Assembly: GCF_018977255.1 (NCBI RefSeq)
Contig: NW_024704743.1
Span: forward strand, 103,232,001 to 103,296,000
Direction of reading: 5' to 3'
Source: Callorhinchus milii
Taxonomy: Eukaryota
DNA length: 64,000 nucleotides
This document shows positions 1 to 12,625 of this stretch, piece after piece. Under the pieces are notes generated by a model that saw nothing but the letters and a program-made list of their open reading frames with translations, was not told the origin of the DNA and ran no database searches. Position 1 is the stretch's first letter. Each line of letters begins with the position of its first letter. The position numbers and the translations under genes are program-made.

Positions 1-290
1 TAAGGGACTCCAAAATGGAGTTCCAGAGAGTTGGGGAAGGAAGGCTGAAACCTCGACCACTGATGGTGGAGCAAGTGAAGTGTACAGGGCGGGGAAGTGA
101 AGAAGTCCAATGCCCCCTGAGTCGAGGAAGCAACTGTTGATAGATTGATAGGGTTTACGAAAGTCGCAGAGTTCCATGGAGGGCTTTAAAAGTGAGGCTG
201 AGGATCTTGAACTCAATCCTCCAGGGGTGGGGAAATTAGCTGCAACATTTTGGATGGCTAGTGGAGGGAAGAAATGCGAAGTCAAGTGAG
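1..290 (-). mobile_element. Degenerate L2 LINE 3' fragment
   Basis: atggagttccagag, aggctgaa and gaggatcttgaactc match the antisense 3' ORF region of the L2 copies at 1729 and 50923. Confidence 0.7.
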
Positions 291-349
291 CAGGGTGATT
301 CGCATAAGTCTTGTCTTTATAAATCGTGTGATCGCTTAAGCCATTAAGC

Positions 350-770
350 CATACTTACAACCGAATCCAATTCAGTTTCCTATCAAAAACACTTAGATTT
401 TGTTTTAATCAAGTTCTAACTTGTAATGCCGCTCCCCTTTCCTCCATTACTCCCCAATTTAACAGCTGCACTGAATTGCGGGAAATGACGTCCTGCGCAC
501 TCAGAAGTCAGCTGCATTGAACTGTGGGAAACATTGTCTTGATCTGTTGTCAGACCGCAGAAGAGTTTAATTGCAATGTGATTCCAATGCTTGCTGGTAA
601 GCCTGCATATGACGATGTGTCAAGACGCATTGAATTGCGGGAAACAGTCTTGATTCATCATCTCATACGCACCTATCGGTGGAACTGACGAACTACAGCA
701 TGCACGTACTGGCTGCAGTGACAAAGTACCGCTTGCGAAGTTATCTGTTGCACTGAATTACGCATGCACA
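350..770. promoter_or_regulatory. Candidate promoter with three ZNF143/Staf-binding-site-like motifs
   Basis: GCAYTGAAYTGYGGGAAA at 468-485, 514-531 and 627-644, partial at 750-761; reverse complement TTTCCCGCAATTCAATGC resembles the Staf/ZNF143 site; ACTACA at 692; TGACGTC at 486; visibly more CpG than surrounding unique DNA. Confidence 0.55.
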
Positions 771-1625
771 GTCTAGATATTGATTAAATCAGGTTTTATA
801 CAATTTATACAAGTTTACCTGAAACTCGGAGTTCGCATAAATCATATTAAATATTATGACTAGACTGTTACGACTTATGTTACTTTCATATGTTACTATA
901 TTATATTAAGTTAACATATCCTGGTGAACAATGATGTTTTGAATGACTGCTGTTTATTACCTACCACATGCCAGAATTATTATTATTATTAGACTCATCT
1001 TTTCCACCAAACTTTTGGTGCCTTCCCTCCACCCACACCCAAGCTTGGACTCACCTTCAGCTGTGTGAAGTGCTTTAAGATGTGAATATGAAAGGTGTTA
1101 CATATGTAAATTGTTGTTATACTGCTCTAAATGCTCTCTGGAGTATCTGACTATATGTAATGTCAAAGTGTTCTACACCGGGTGGAAAAAATTGATATGC
1201 AGTGCGATATCCCACATATCATATTTTGCATGCAGTTTCAAGGCTATCAAAGTAACACAGGCTGGATACGTTTTGAAAATTAAAATCCTTAATTATTGAA
1301 TATGCACATTTCTATCATATGCAAAACAGGCTTTTGTACATTTTAATGCTGAATATTAATCAGAATTAGAAACGTCCAAGAAGCAAACAATTATTTCTAA
1401 TTTTGACCATTCCACTGAAAAGTTTAAGCTGCATATCAAACTTATTAAACTACCAAAATAATACTGTTATCTTCGAAGATACAACTTCATCTATAATTTG
1501 GAACATTCTGTATGAATCTATATTCATTGCATACATACTGACAGAGACAACACCTTGATCTCACAGGCTGATATCAGTCATGTTACAATTTATATTCTGC
1601 ATATTAACCTGTAAGCTTTTAGATG

Positions 1626-2575
1626 TCAGCCTGGCTCCATCGGGAGCACTCGAGCCTCTGAATTAGAAGGCTGTCAGTTTCAAGTTCCACATCAAGATTC
1701 TGAACTCACCCCATCTCGGCTGACAATGCAACAACAACAACAACAAGATTCCATTTATTGAGCGCCTTTCACGTCGGGAGGACGTCCCAAGGCGCTGTAC
1801 AGTTGGGTCAGGACCCGAGCAAGGGGGGAATGGTCAGGGTGAGGGGAGGGAAGGGAAGGGAGGGAGCGAGGAGGGGGTAGAGAGTCGAGAGGGGAGCTGA
1901 AGGCTCCGTCAAAGAGAAAGGTCTTGAGACCGGCCTTGAAGGAGGAAAGGGAGGTGGCAAGGCGAAGGCACTGGGGGATGGAGTTCCAGAGCCTCGGGGC
2001 TGAGAGGCTGAAGGCCCGACCACCGATAGTAGGGCGGTTGGGGCGGGGGATGTGGTGCAGACCGGAGCCAGAGGAGCGGAGGGTATGGGCAGGTAGGTAG
2101 GGGGATAGTAGGTCGGAGAGGTAGGAGGGAGCAAGGCCGTGAATGGCCTTGTAGGTGAGGATGAGGATCTTGAATTCGATCCTCTGGGGGATGGGGAGCC
2201 AGTGGAGGCGAGCGAGGGTGGGAGTGATGTGGTCCCGAAGCCTGGTGCGGGACAGTACACAAGCTGCAGAGTTCTGAATGACCTGCAGCTTGTGGAGGGA
2301 GGTGCCGGGAAGGCCGGCGAGGAGAGAATTTCCATAGTCCAGCCTTGAAGTGATAAAGGCTAAATGCAATGCTGAAGGAGATGCTATCTTTTGGATGAGA
2401 CATTAAACCGAAACCCCATCTGCCTGCTTAGAAAGACATTAAAGATCACGAGTCAATTTCCAAAAAGAGAAGGGCATTTATCCAAGTATTCTGGCCAAGA
2501 ATACCCCAGATAAAATCAATAGTTTACTGCGTGGTTATTCGTGGGACATCGCAGTATGCAATTGTCTGCAGCAAA
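1626..2575 (+). mobile_element. Old DeuSINE (SacSINE1-like) split by an L2 insertion
   Basis: tRNA-like head at 1626-1724 (agcactcgagcctctgaattagaagg); body resumes after 2363 with ttttggatgagacattaaaccga and gtgggacatcgcagtatgcaattg. Confidence 0.75.
1729..2362 (-). mobile_element. Young 5'-truncated L2 LINE
   Basis: ORF 1755-2369 [46 protein letters not shown] (L2 ORF C-terminus); (CAA)n tail on + strand; AATGCAA at both ends (1725-1731, 2363-2369). Confidence 0.93.
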
Positions 2576-2595
2576 AACAACAAATTGCAATTACT

Positions 2596-3255
2596 ACAAC
2601 AACAACTTGGATTTATATAGCGCCCTCCACGCCAGATGGTGTCTCAGATCGCTTCACAGTAACGGATCTCAGGACCGAGCCAGGGGGAGGGGGAGGAAGA
2701 TGACCAAAGGCACGGTCGAAAAGAAATGTCTTCAACTGAGAACTGAAAATAAGAAGAGAGGGGGCGAGGCGAAGGGAGTGAGGAAGGGAGTTCCAGAGCA
2801 TCGGGGCATAGTGGCTTAAAGCACGGCCACCAAGGGTGGAGCGGAGGACTCGGGGGTCAAGCAGGAGGCCAGACCCGGTGGAACGAAGGCAACGGGCACT
2901 GTTTTGAGGAGAGAGGAGGGCAGAGAGGTAGGGGGTGTGCAGAGGAGTGAAGGGATTTGAATACATGGGTAAGGATCTTGAAGTTGATCCTCTCTGGGAC
3001 AGGCAGCCAGTGCAGTCTGGCAGGGACTGGGGTAATCAGGGAGCGGAGTTTGGTGCGGGTAAGAATGCGGGTGGCAGAGTTTTGTATGACCTGGATTTTA
3101 TGAATGGTAGTGGAGGGTAGACCGGTGAAGAGGGCATTTGAATAGTCCAGCCGAGTGGTGACAAAGGCATGGACCAGTGTTTCAGCGGCTTTTGGGGAGA
3201 GGTGTGGATGGTAGTGGAGGGGAGGCCGGTGAGGAAGGCATTTAAATAGTCCAAT
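2596..3255 (-). mobile_element. L2 LINE 3' fragment, older subfamily
   Basis: ORFs 2613-2966 (APMLWNSLPHSLR, LKTFLF) and 3036-3254 (DYLNAFLTGLP); (CAA)n tail; about 47 bp duplicated at its 5' end. Confidence 0.88.
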
Positions 3256-3603
3256 TATACAGCGCCCATCACACGGGTCGGGTCACTGAGCACTTAAAAG
3301 CGATGTAGATGGATGCAGAGCCGGAAAGGGAAAGGGGAGGTGAACCGAAGGCGTAATTAAAGATGAAAGTCTACAAGTGTAATTTGAAGGCAGAGAGGGG
3401 GAACACAGAGGGATTGAGACAAGGAGTTCTGGAAATTAAGGCAAGGAGTTCGAGAGATTTTTCAGGGATTTGTTTTGTATGATTTCAAATAATTTGAGGT
3501 ATTGCAAAACAAAAATACTGCAGATGCTGGAAACCTGAAACAAAAACAGAAGTCGCTGGGAACATTCAGCAGGTCAGGCAGCATCTATGAAGAAAGGAAA
3601 GTG

Positions 3604-3640
3604 TGTCAACATTTCAGGTCCACAACCCTTCATCAGAACT
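3604..3640 (-). ncRNA. Minimal hammerhead ribozyme motif (Penelope pLTR type)
   Basis: Reverse complement AGTT CTGATGA A GGGTT GTG GACCT GAAA TGTT GAC. Confidence 0.7.
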
Positions 3641-4066
3641 TGGGCATGTTGAGATGGGGATGCTTTTAAGGGCTAACAGAGGGCGGAGGCAGGGCAAAGA
3701 AGACAAAGAGAAAATGGGGTAGAGGATAGGAGATGATGGGTTAAAGAGGTGTGAATAATGCAAAACAAAGGGGGGATTGCAATAAAAATTTAGTGCATTC
3801 GCTGCTCACAATGTGGTCTCCCCTACATTGGGGAGACCAAACACAATTTGGGTGACTGATTTGCCGAACGCAAGCACAACCCTGAGCTTCCAGTTTTTCG
3901 CCACTTCAACTCTCCCTCCCACTCATCCCCCACTTTTGCTTTGCATCATTAACACCTCTTTAAACCATCATCTCCTGTCCTCTACTCCATTTTCTCCTTT
4001 GTCTTCCTTGTCCTGCCTTTCCCCTCTTTGTTAGCCTTTAAAAGCCTCTCCTTCCTAACATGCCCA

Positions 4067-4103
4067 AGTTCTGATGAAGGGTCGTGGACCCGAAATGTTG
4101 GCT
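4067..4103 (+). ncRNA. Minimal hammerhead ribozyme motif (Penelope pLTR type)
   Basis: AGTT CTGATGA A GGGTC GTG GACCC GAAA TGTT GGCT: core boxes intact, perfect 5-bp stem II. Confidence 0.75.
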
Positions 4104-6319
4104 CGCTTTCCTTTCTCCATAAGATGCTGCCTGACTTGCTGAACTTTGCAGCGACTTCTGTTTTTGTTTGAGGTTTTGCAATATTGGTATTATCCAACAA
4201 AGTTTGCGGTTCCAATTTTCAGTTCCTTATACACAGCAAATTGCGCTAGTTGAGTCTGTACCTGCATATTCATGTAACATGACTAATTTCATTCATGGCT
4301 GATTCATTTGCCCAAAACTAGACAGTCACTACATTTCACAATAAATCCTGTGAAGCGCTTTAAATATATCTCAACATCGTGAATAGGCACTATAACAAAT
4401 TGGATTATTATTACATTCTCAATTATGCCTGCTTCATGTACATATCAAAGACACATTCATAATAGTGTCATGAAGGGATGATAAATTCACTTTTTAAACA
4501 GATGTTTGAAAATTTAGAACGACGATGAAGATCAACAGAAATTTGCAGTGCATGAATTTCCATCTACAAACTTATACTGCGCAATTTGTTGTGCATATGG
4601 CACTAAAAAGTAGGACCACACACTTTGGGGGACAAGATCAGCATTGCAATACCTCAAAATATTTGAAATCATAGAAAAACATCTCCGAAAAATAAACAGC
4701 AATTACCAATGGAAGCTTAATATTCTTAAAACTATACTTCAGAAAGCACTATATATATCAAGCCTCTGTTAGCCATCTGACAAGGTAAGGCACAGAGTTC
4801 CAGCAGAATGGATCTAGGAGCCTGGACAGCTGTCAGGTTGACCAAGCCAGCTCATCAGTCACAAAGAACTCTGCAAGGCTCAGTAGTCAAGATCAGTGAC
4901 TGGATTCATCATCAGACTGTCATTTCAGCAGAACCACTGCAAATGGGCAAGTCTGCTACAATCTGCAACCCCCTGGGGCAAAATGGCAAAGAGGGCACTC
5001 TGCAGTTAAAGCTTGAGTGATCATCCGAATCTTCACAGTTGTCCTTTTTACTGAATCAAAACCATTTTTGTGGGGATTTTTTGTATGTTTTTTGTTGTAA
5101 AACATATCTCTGACCCTCACAGGGATTCCTCAAGATTTGGAATTGGGTTTTCTGCGGGTTCATAAAAGGAACTGTTTTTCAAAATAAAACTGAATAGAAA
5201 AAATATGCACAATTCTGCATGCCTTCATTTTAATAATAAATAATATAATAATAATCCTTGCATTTAATATAGCACTTTTCACATCTTCTAGAAGTCACAA
5301 AGTGCTTCACAGAATATACTGTAAAGTGAATTAACTGCATATTTTAAAAGCAAAGTGGTCTTAGACTGAGCCTAGATGAAATTTTTGGCCTATGTTTTGA
5401 ACAAAATGGGAATATATTTCAGAACAATAACCCTTACATTTGATACAGTGCATTTCACGAAGGGAGAATGTTTCAAAGCACTTCACAGGATTTATTATAA
5501 AATGCAGTAACTGTATTCTCTAGAGAGAAAATAGGATATTATTTGGATGTTCACTACAACTGTGATACTATTCCTACTATTTGATTTCATGTTGTTTGGA
5601 CAGCATCAAGTGGGACATATTTGGGAGAAAATGTTGCAGGCAATAAATTTTGTTTGTTCATAGAAGCGATTCAACTGAACTCAAACCTCAGAGACCAAGA
5701 AGTTAATATTTTGTTTTGTTTTTAATTCTTCTGAAGCAGGACTCTGGAGTTTTCTAAATTCACTGCCAAAGGTTCACCTAAAAGTTTATTTATTTTGCCT
5801 CAGACTTTTGAATTTGAATCGGGAAATCAGAATAAATTGATTAAAAAAATGCAGGATGAGGGCTTCCCACAAGCGACCTGTTAGGATTTGATACAAGCTT
5901 AATTTTAACTGACAGATGTAGCCACTATGCATTTTTTTTTCATGAGCCCTCATGTCAAATCTTGCAGGCTGACATATGCCTCAGTGATGTGCTATTTAAC
6001 ATTTAACCGAAGCTAGCCCTCAGAACTGTATAGTGTGACAGTGCGATACAACTCCACACAAACTCATGCATTGATTGCTCAAGTGAACTTCAGCAATGTG
6101 TTAATAAACCATATTATTAATAAACTCAGAATATAAGAATAAAAGTTGATTATTGGGCATAGAATCAAAAAAAAATCTGAAATGTTATCACAGATTAATT
6201 CTAGAGGTGAACAGAAAGTCTGAAGTCAAAATCAGAAACGACTGTAATGATTGAACAATATCATATTTTGGTTTAATATTGACCACGTTTGAACAACTAC
6301 AAGAATTGCATAGAATATA

Positions 6320-6897
6320 CAGCATAGAAACAGGCAATTTGGCCCAACTGGTCTGCTGGCATTTATGCTCCACATGAACTTCTTCCTGCTCTTCCTCAAC
6401 TAAGCCTATCAGCATAACCTTCTATTCCTTTCTCCCGCATGTACTTATCTAGCCTCCCCTTAAATGCATCTATGCTATTTGCCTCAACTACTCCTTATGG
6501 GAGCAAGTTCCTCATTAACACTACTCTCTGGATCAAGAAGTTTCTTCTGACTTCCCTATTTGATTTATTGGTGACTATTTTATACTAATGGCCCCTGGTT
6601 TTGGTCTCCCCCATAAGTGGAAACATCTTCTCTATGTCTACCCTATTAAAATCTCCTTTCATAATGTTAAAGACTTCTATTAGGTAACCCCTCACCCTTC
6701 TCTTTTCAAGAGAAAACAGTTCAAGCTTGTTCAGCTTTTCCTGATAAGTATAACCTCACAGTTCTGGTATAATCCTTGTAAATTCCTTTGTACCTTCTCC
6801 GGTTCCTCTATATCCTATCTATAATATGGGGGCCAGAACTGTACACAGAACTCCAAGTGTGGTCCAACCAAGGTTCAATATACGTTTAGCATAACTG
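6320..6897 (-). mobile_element. CR1 LINE 3' end
   Basis: Antisense reads VMLNVY*TLVGPHLEFCVQFW..KLELFSLEKRRVRGYLIEVFNIM (CR1 ORF2 C-terminus) followed by 3' UTR. Confidence 0.88.
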
Positions 6898-7249
6898 TGC
6901 ATGATGGAGAAACCGATTTGTATTTTGGTCCCTTCTTGAAAAAACAACTTGATTTATTTAAAAACCAGATTGATGTGGTAATTGGAAGAAGGTTAGATGT
7001 ATTTTCTGGAAGAATAACATCAAATGGACCTCTTTGCACAGCATGGAACACAAGAAAAAACATCTCCATCCCCTCAGCCCAACCAGTCCATGTCGGTGTT
7101 TATACTTTCATGAGTCATGGCATCTCAAAAACATCTTAAATGATGTATTGCATACACAAGAGAAAATGGAATGAAGAGGTATGCGAAGGGATTAGGACTT
7201 CTATTTTGGTCATGTCTGACACATGTGGAAACCCAACACCATGCTTTTG

Positions 7250-7450
7250 ATTATCCAAACCAGACAGAGTTCTGCATACATTTGTCACTTATACATTTAA
7301 ATTTCCCTGTGTTTGGAATGGGATGCGCACTCTCTGCCCCAGACAGACTCTGATTACTTAATTCCAGAGAGGGTTAGATGAAAGTTGGCGAGGGCCAAGG
7401 CTTAGGGACTCTACAATGTGCATTGGGCTACTGCAGGTATTTAATCATCT
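7250..7450 (+). repeat. Unnamed old dispersed repeat A, copy 1
   Basis: acatttaaatttccctgtgtttggaatgg..cactctct..taattccagagag..ctgcaggt aligns to the reverse complement of 30920-31080. Confidence 0.6.
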
Positions 7451-9032
7451 GACCACTGTATCTTGTTATTGAGAACACTGGCTTTCAAGCTTCCCACTGC
7501 TTGTCCTATTAAGACCAACCTACTCATTGGGGTGCCCCCCCTTCCAATGTGAAATGTGCTATATTTGTTGTTGTTCTTTGACGTGCAGGGTTAACAGGAG
7601 CTGAACGGAAATGCCCCGGTTCGCTGTGACCATTTTGCTCCTTACCCCATGCTGATATACTAGGCTGGCTGGTCTTTTACCAACAGTGTGCTGGAGTGCT
7701 ACGCACCAATAAGGACAGTTCGGTGGAATGATCTGTTTCAGTGCTGCAAAGTCTACAACAACAACAATAATTTGTAAAGCGCCTTTCACATCGGGAGGAC
7801 GTCACAAGGCGCTGAAATGTAATTCTATGAACAAATTCAGGAACAAGAAAATGCTATTTGCCCAACAAGGCTACAATTTCGAGAAGCCACACAAAACCTA
7901 CCCTAGAGTAAATATCATCCCACACACTCTTTCTCCTGAGGGAAGTTCTCTGCTGACACGCTCTGAACCCATTAAGCAAAAGCACCAGTATGTTCATCCA
8001 TCACCTCTGTTCAAACCTAACCTTTTTCCCTCCATGAGCATTTCTTCATCTCACTGCACCCACATCTATACATACCCTCCAGTATTGTTTGAAAGCAGCA
8101 GGTATCTCTCCAGTTCTTTTCTGAAGATGTAAATGCAGAAGATAGTTCCAAATATCCACTCTTCTGTGAAAAAAAGATATTCAATCTCTCTTCTCGCCTG
8201 GTGTTGCAGTTTTTTCACCAACAAAATATACAATCAATTCTTTATAGTATCTTCTGTGAAGTACTTTGAGACGTCTCAAAGACAAAATAAGGCGTTATAT
8301 CAAAGGCAAGGATCATTATTATTATTTTCCCCCCACAGTTCTATTCTCACAGTCCAAGTCAAAGAGCTTGCTTGCATCTTCCTTATCTTTGTCTCTCATC
8401 AATCCTCCCTTATTGTTTTTTCTTTCTATCGAGAACAAGTTCAACTCAGAGCATATTTTCATAACTTATAAGACTCGTTATCAGCCTCATCATTCCTCGT
8501 TGAATACTCTCCAATTCTTCACCATCCTTTTGAAAGTAGATTACCCTAAACACACACATGGTACGCCAAATGTTGCCTCGCCAGCGATTTATACAAGTTA
8601 CAATAATTTATTTCAACAAGGAGTCAATTGACTCAATAAACAATGCAATATTGATTAGCTTTGTTGAAAGCAGCTTCACACTGACTGAAAACCTTAATTG
8701 AATAATCTAAAATCATTAAACTTCTTTTCCACCTCCAAAAATAGAGAAGCCTTTGTTTTTTGCCTACAAAATAGACTGTGACTACACTTTGCAGTTATTT
8801 CCTGTTAAGTGTTTTGAGATATCCTCAAAGGGGGTTATGTCACATGCAAAGATTACTATTAAACAAAGTTTGCATTTTTATGTTCTAATATGCATTACCT
8901 TCAAATGAGATGCTAAAATTTGACTCTTTATTAACACAGGAGACGTAGCACTGACAGAAATATTGAGAGAATGATTATGTGAGTTATATAAGTTTCACAC
9001 ATAGCCTGCCCAAATCAATCCTTTGCTGTCAA

Positions 9033-9478
9033 CAATAATAATCCTTGCATTTGATATAGTGCCTCATCATGTCTGTGGGCCGCCCGAAAGCGCTTCACAG
9101 AATATACTGTAAAGTGAACTGACTGCATATTTTGTGGGCAAAATGCAGCAGCCAATGGCACACAGCAGTGTCCCACAAACAGTCGTGGATTTACTCAATT
9201 ACTAAATTATTATTTTTTTAAAGGGATTATTACCACTGGAAAAGCGATCCGCTAATCGACTAACAACTGAGTTCCTACTTAATGTTAGGTAAAAGGAGGC
9301 GTGTAGAGTAAGGAAACTTGTTCAATGTTTCGCCCTGCTGGGAATCAATCCCAGTCAGCGCCTTGGGACAACCTCCCGATGTGAAAGGTGCTTTACAAAT
9401 GTAATTTTGTTGTTCTTGTTGTTGTTGTCATCTTGCTTGCGAGGTGAGTGCTCTAAACATTAAGCTACGGAACTCTAA
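9033..9478 (-). mobile_element. tRNA-headed SINE, long form, with an L2 tail inserted in its head
   Basis: Same layout as 20708-21075; + strand L2 3' end gcgccttgggacaacctcccgatgtgaaaggtgc(ttg)n at about 9357-9428 interrupts the tRNA-like part. Confidence 0.85.
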
Positions 9479-11359
9479 TGGACCGTTGGTTTTAATGTGA
9501 AAAAATACCAGGCTTTTCTTAGGCTAAGCAAAGAAGAGAAAATCACATGTGCAATACTAGTGTACAATCTTCAAATATGGTTATTATCCAGTTATTAATA
9601 ACAAAATTAAATCCCTCGTTTTTCAGGCCTGTTTTACACTAGCCCTTTTCTCACAAACCTACGTATTTGTCTTCTTTATCAACTTTTCTTCATTTATGAC
9701 CAAACACTTGGTTTATGATGTTCCCATTCTTAAAATAACCTTTTCAGTATTTGTTTGTGCTACAGAAGTCTCATTATAAATACGGAATGGGAGTGGAAAG
9801 CACTATGTTTAAATAATTCACACATAATATCCAATAATGGTTTAAATCCCCATCTGCATTATATACATCTGCGTTAAAAATCAGGATATAAAGAATAACT
9901 GCATTCAGCAAACAAGTGATAATAATTCTTGATTTTGATATAATGTCTTTCATAATGTTTCACCCCTGCCCTGGAGTACTGCGGACCAGCACGGCTCAGG
10001 ACTATTGATCCGAGTTGACTCAATTCTGACATTCTATTGCCAGAATGTTGACATTCAAAGCAGCGCCTTGGAGCCAGTCCAACTCCGAGGAGATCCAGAA
10101 ATCTCCCCTCCCCAGGAAGAGTGTCATTTATTGGTCATTTACATCAAATTCAAAGTTCATAGTTGTACAAAATCGAACATTCTGAGTCAGAGGTGAGACT
10201 GATCCCAACTGATCCAGGCTGACAGCTACAACGTCCACTCTACCAAAGTTATTTGCAGTTTTCCATCTGTTATATTTCACATGCCATAAGTACCTCCAAA
10301 ATAAAAGGAGAAATCGGCTGCTGAGGAACCAATGCAGACGTGATTATAGACCTACTGAACAGCCCATCATTCTTGAGAGTCAAATAAGAACAAAGCTTGG
10401 TAAAAGGTTGAGGATTATTGCATTTGGCAGCTTTGTAGATGCCATTTAATGGCATGTACAACTGTGAGATTGCAATGGTCCAGGTAATGAATAGTTCAGC
10501 TAATGTAGTTTCCAGTGGAAGTGGCTATTGATCTCATCACATGTCTCCCTTTGAATCGAAAACAAAGCAAAAGTTCACTAGCCAATACTCTGTCTGATAG
10601 CAAATCACTTTTGATATCACATAGCTGATCTAAAGTTCCAGTTATACTTGTGGGTAGCAAAATAATGTTGCCATGATTTTCTGCACAAGATGAAACTTAG
10701 CCTCTGGCTGCACTTTGGATGTTGTAAACAACTGTGCTTGGAAAGCTGTCGTTTTGGCCATGCCTAGAGTCACCTCCCACACCTCCATTGCTTGGAGTGA
10801 GACACTATCCTTGCGAAGCACCCTGAGATGTTATTATTACCTGAAGGTGCAATATGATTGCAAGTTGATGTTGTTGTACTGTTCTTTATTTTGTGGAACT
10901 TGATAAAGTGCCTTATCATATAGGAACATTCCAAAGCACCTCATAGTAATTATTATCAAGGAACTGACCATCTTATATGGACAGATATGGCAGTCATTTT
11001 GCGCAGTAAAGCCAAACAAAAACACAAGTTTGTATAACCAATTCTCTGGAGGATTATTGGCCAGGGGACCTGAAGAACAGCCAAATGGGACTTGGGTTTA
11101 CCATCTCTCCTGAAGGACCATGGAACAATCTCCTCGTATTGCATTGCTACCCTCAGATAGATTGAGTTCAAGAGATGACACAGAGACAACAACATTTCTC
11201 TTCCAATATAAAAATTGATGATAATGATGTTTTCTGGATCTTCCGAACGGAGCTTCATGTTAATACAAACTACAACTGAAAATGTGTGAACATCAATTTA
11301 AGAAATGCCATTGGTTGTGGATTCCCCAAAAATCTTCATATCTCTTCCATACAACTGGA

Positions 11360-11605
11360 CACAGTAGGGAGTGTTTTCAGCCACGACACCACAATGCTCT
11401 GGTACTCCCTCCCTCAATCCCTCCGGCTTGCCCCCCTCCCTCCCCACTTTCAAATTCCACCTAAAGAACTTCCCTTTTTGATCGTGCTTACAGTCACCTC
11501 CCCACTGCCTCGCTCCTTGGCTCGGGGTCAGACTCCACCACTGTTAAGCACTACAGGACATTACCTCACATGAAGGGCACTACATAAATGCATGTTGTTG
11601 TTGTG
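11360..11605 (+). mobile_element. L2 3' fragment (old)
   Basis: MLWYSLPQSLRL in ORF 11286-11573; ends tgaagggcactacataaatgcatgttgttgttg. Confidence 0.7.
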
Positions 11606-12079
11606 GATAATTCTAGGTGTTTTACCAGGACTATGTGAATCAATGCAGGAAGAAAGGGGAGTCTGTAGGGGAAGTTTGAGGATGTTGACCAAAAAGGTTC
11701 ATGTTTTACACTGTTTTGAAGGCAGGGAAAGACAAAATGGAAGTATTAATCATAATAATATTTTGAAAGAGAGTTCCAGAAAGTCATTAAAAACCAGCAC
11801 AATCATCAGCCATAGATGGTGGGGCAGAGGGAGTGAGGAACAAGTTGTCAGAGCAAAGAATATGAAAGGAAGATACAACTCGGGTTATCAAAGGGCATAA
11901 GCAAGAACATTTTTTTGACATTCCACAGAAGGAGGTTTAAGACTTCATTCCTGACAAACACTGTGAGAGATTGTGGTGCTCGTGATCAGAAACAACCAAT
12001 GGAATCACTTTTAAGAATTTAAAACAGTGCAGATTCAAAATAAACCATCACTGAATGGATAAAAATAAAAGCAGCCCCT

Positions 12080-12625
12080 CAGAAGTCTATTCTTGTATCC
12101 TGGGTAAGGTATCTCCCGTACAAAAGTTTGTCTATTCATTGCTCATCACTCATTGCTCTTCTGTCAGGACTGTATGTAGTATTCAAGGTGTGGTCTGACC
12201 AGAACACTGTACAGGCTGAAAATGATGTCTGGGGATGTTAACTCAACTGATTTAGCAATATAGCCCAGGATCCTGTTTACCTTGTTTATTGCTGCCTCAC
12301 ATCTTTTGCTATAGTGAGTGCTGAGTTAACTAAAACTCCAAGGCTCTTTCAGCTTCACCCTTGGAATTCATGGGGGTACTTGTATTTCCCATTCTTCGAT
12401 CCTTTATGCATTATCTTGCATTTATCAGTATTAAACTTCTCTTGTGAGTTTTCAGCACATACCCAATCAAACTCACTGCGGTTTTTTGATGCCTTTGATG
12501 CCTTCTCTGATTCCACATTTACCCTGAAATCACCAATTTATCTCTCTTAAACTGGGTCTCCAAATCCAGATTAATATACACAAAGCGTTCGCAGTACAGA
12601 CCCCTGAAGCATCCCACTTAGCAAT
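12080..12625 (-). mobile_element. Degenerate CR1 RT fragment
   Basis: tattcaaggtgtggtctgaccagaacactgtacag (antisense LYSVLVRPHLEY) and cagtacagacccctgaagcatcccact (antisense SGMLQGSVL). Confidence 0.7.

Larger units (their letters stand above)
3505..4180 (+). mobile_element. Penelope-like element remnant: inverted pseudo-LTR arms around a GIY-YIG fragment
   Basis: 3505-3777 and 3925-4180 are inverted copies; 3794-3925 reads CIRCSQCGLPYIGETKHNLGD*FAERKHNPELPVFRHFNSPSHS. Confidence 0.9.

Noticed and set aside
468..761. Repeated 18-mers as a CRISPR-like array
   Set aside because: Irregular spacing, short degenerate repeats, no cas genes, vertebrate context; transcription-factor sites explain them better
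1808..2403. Pro/Ser-rich and Gly/Glu/Arg-rich ORFs (also 29629-30324, 44803-45510, 58490-58828 and similar)
   Set aside because: Off-frame or antisense readings of C-rich L2 sequence
10270..10550. Minus-strand exon-like segment with acceptor and GAG/gtactt donor
   Set aside because: Stops in all three frames after the acceptor; no recognisable protein
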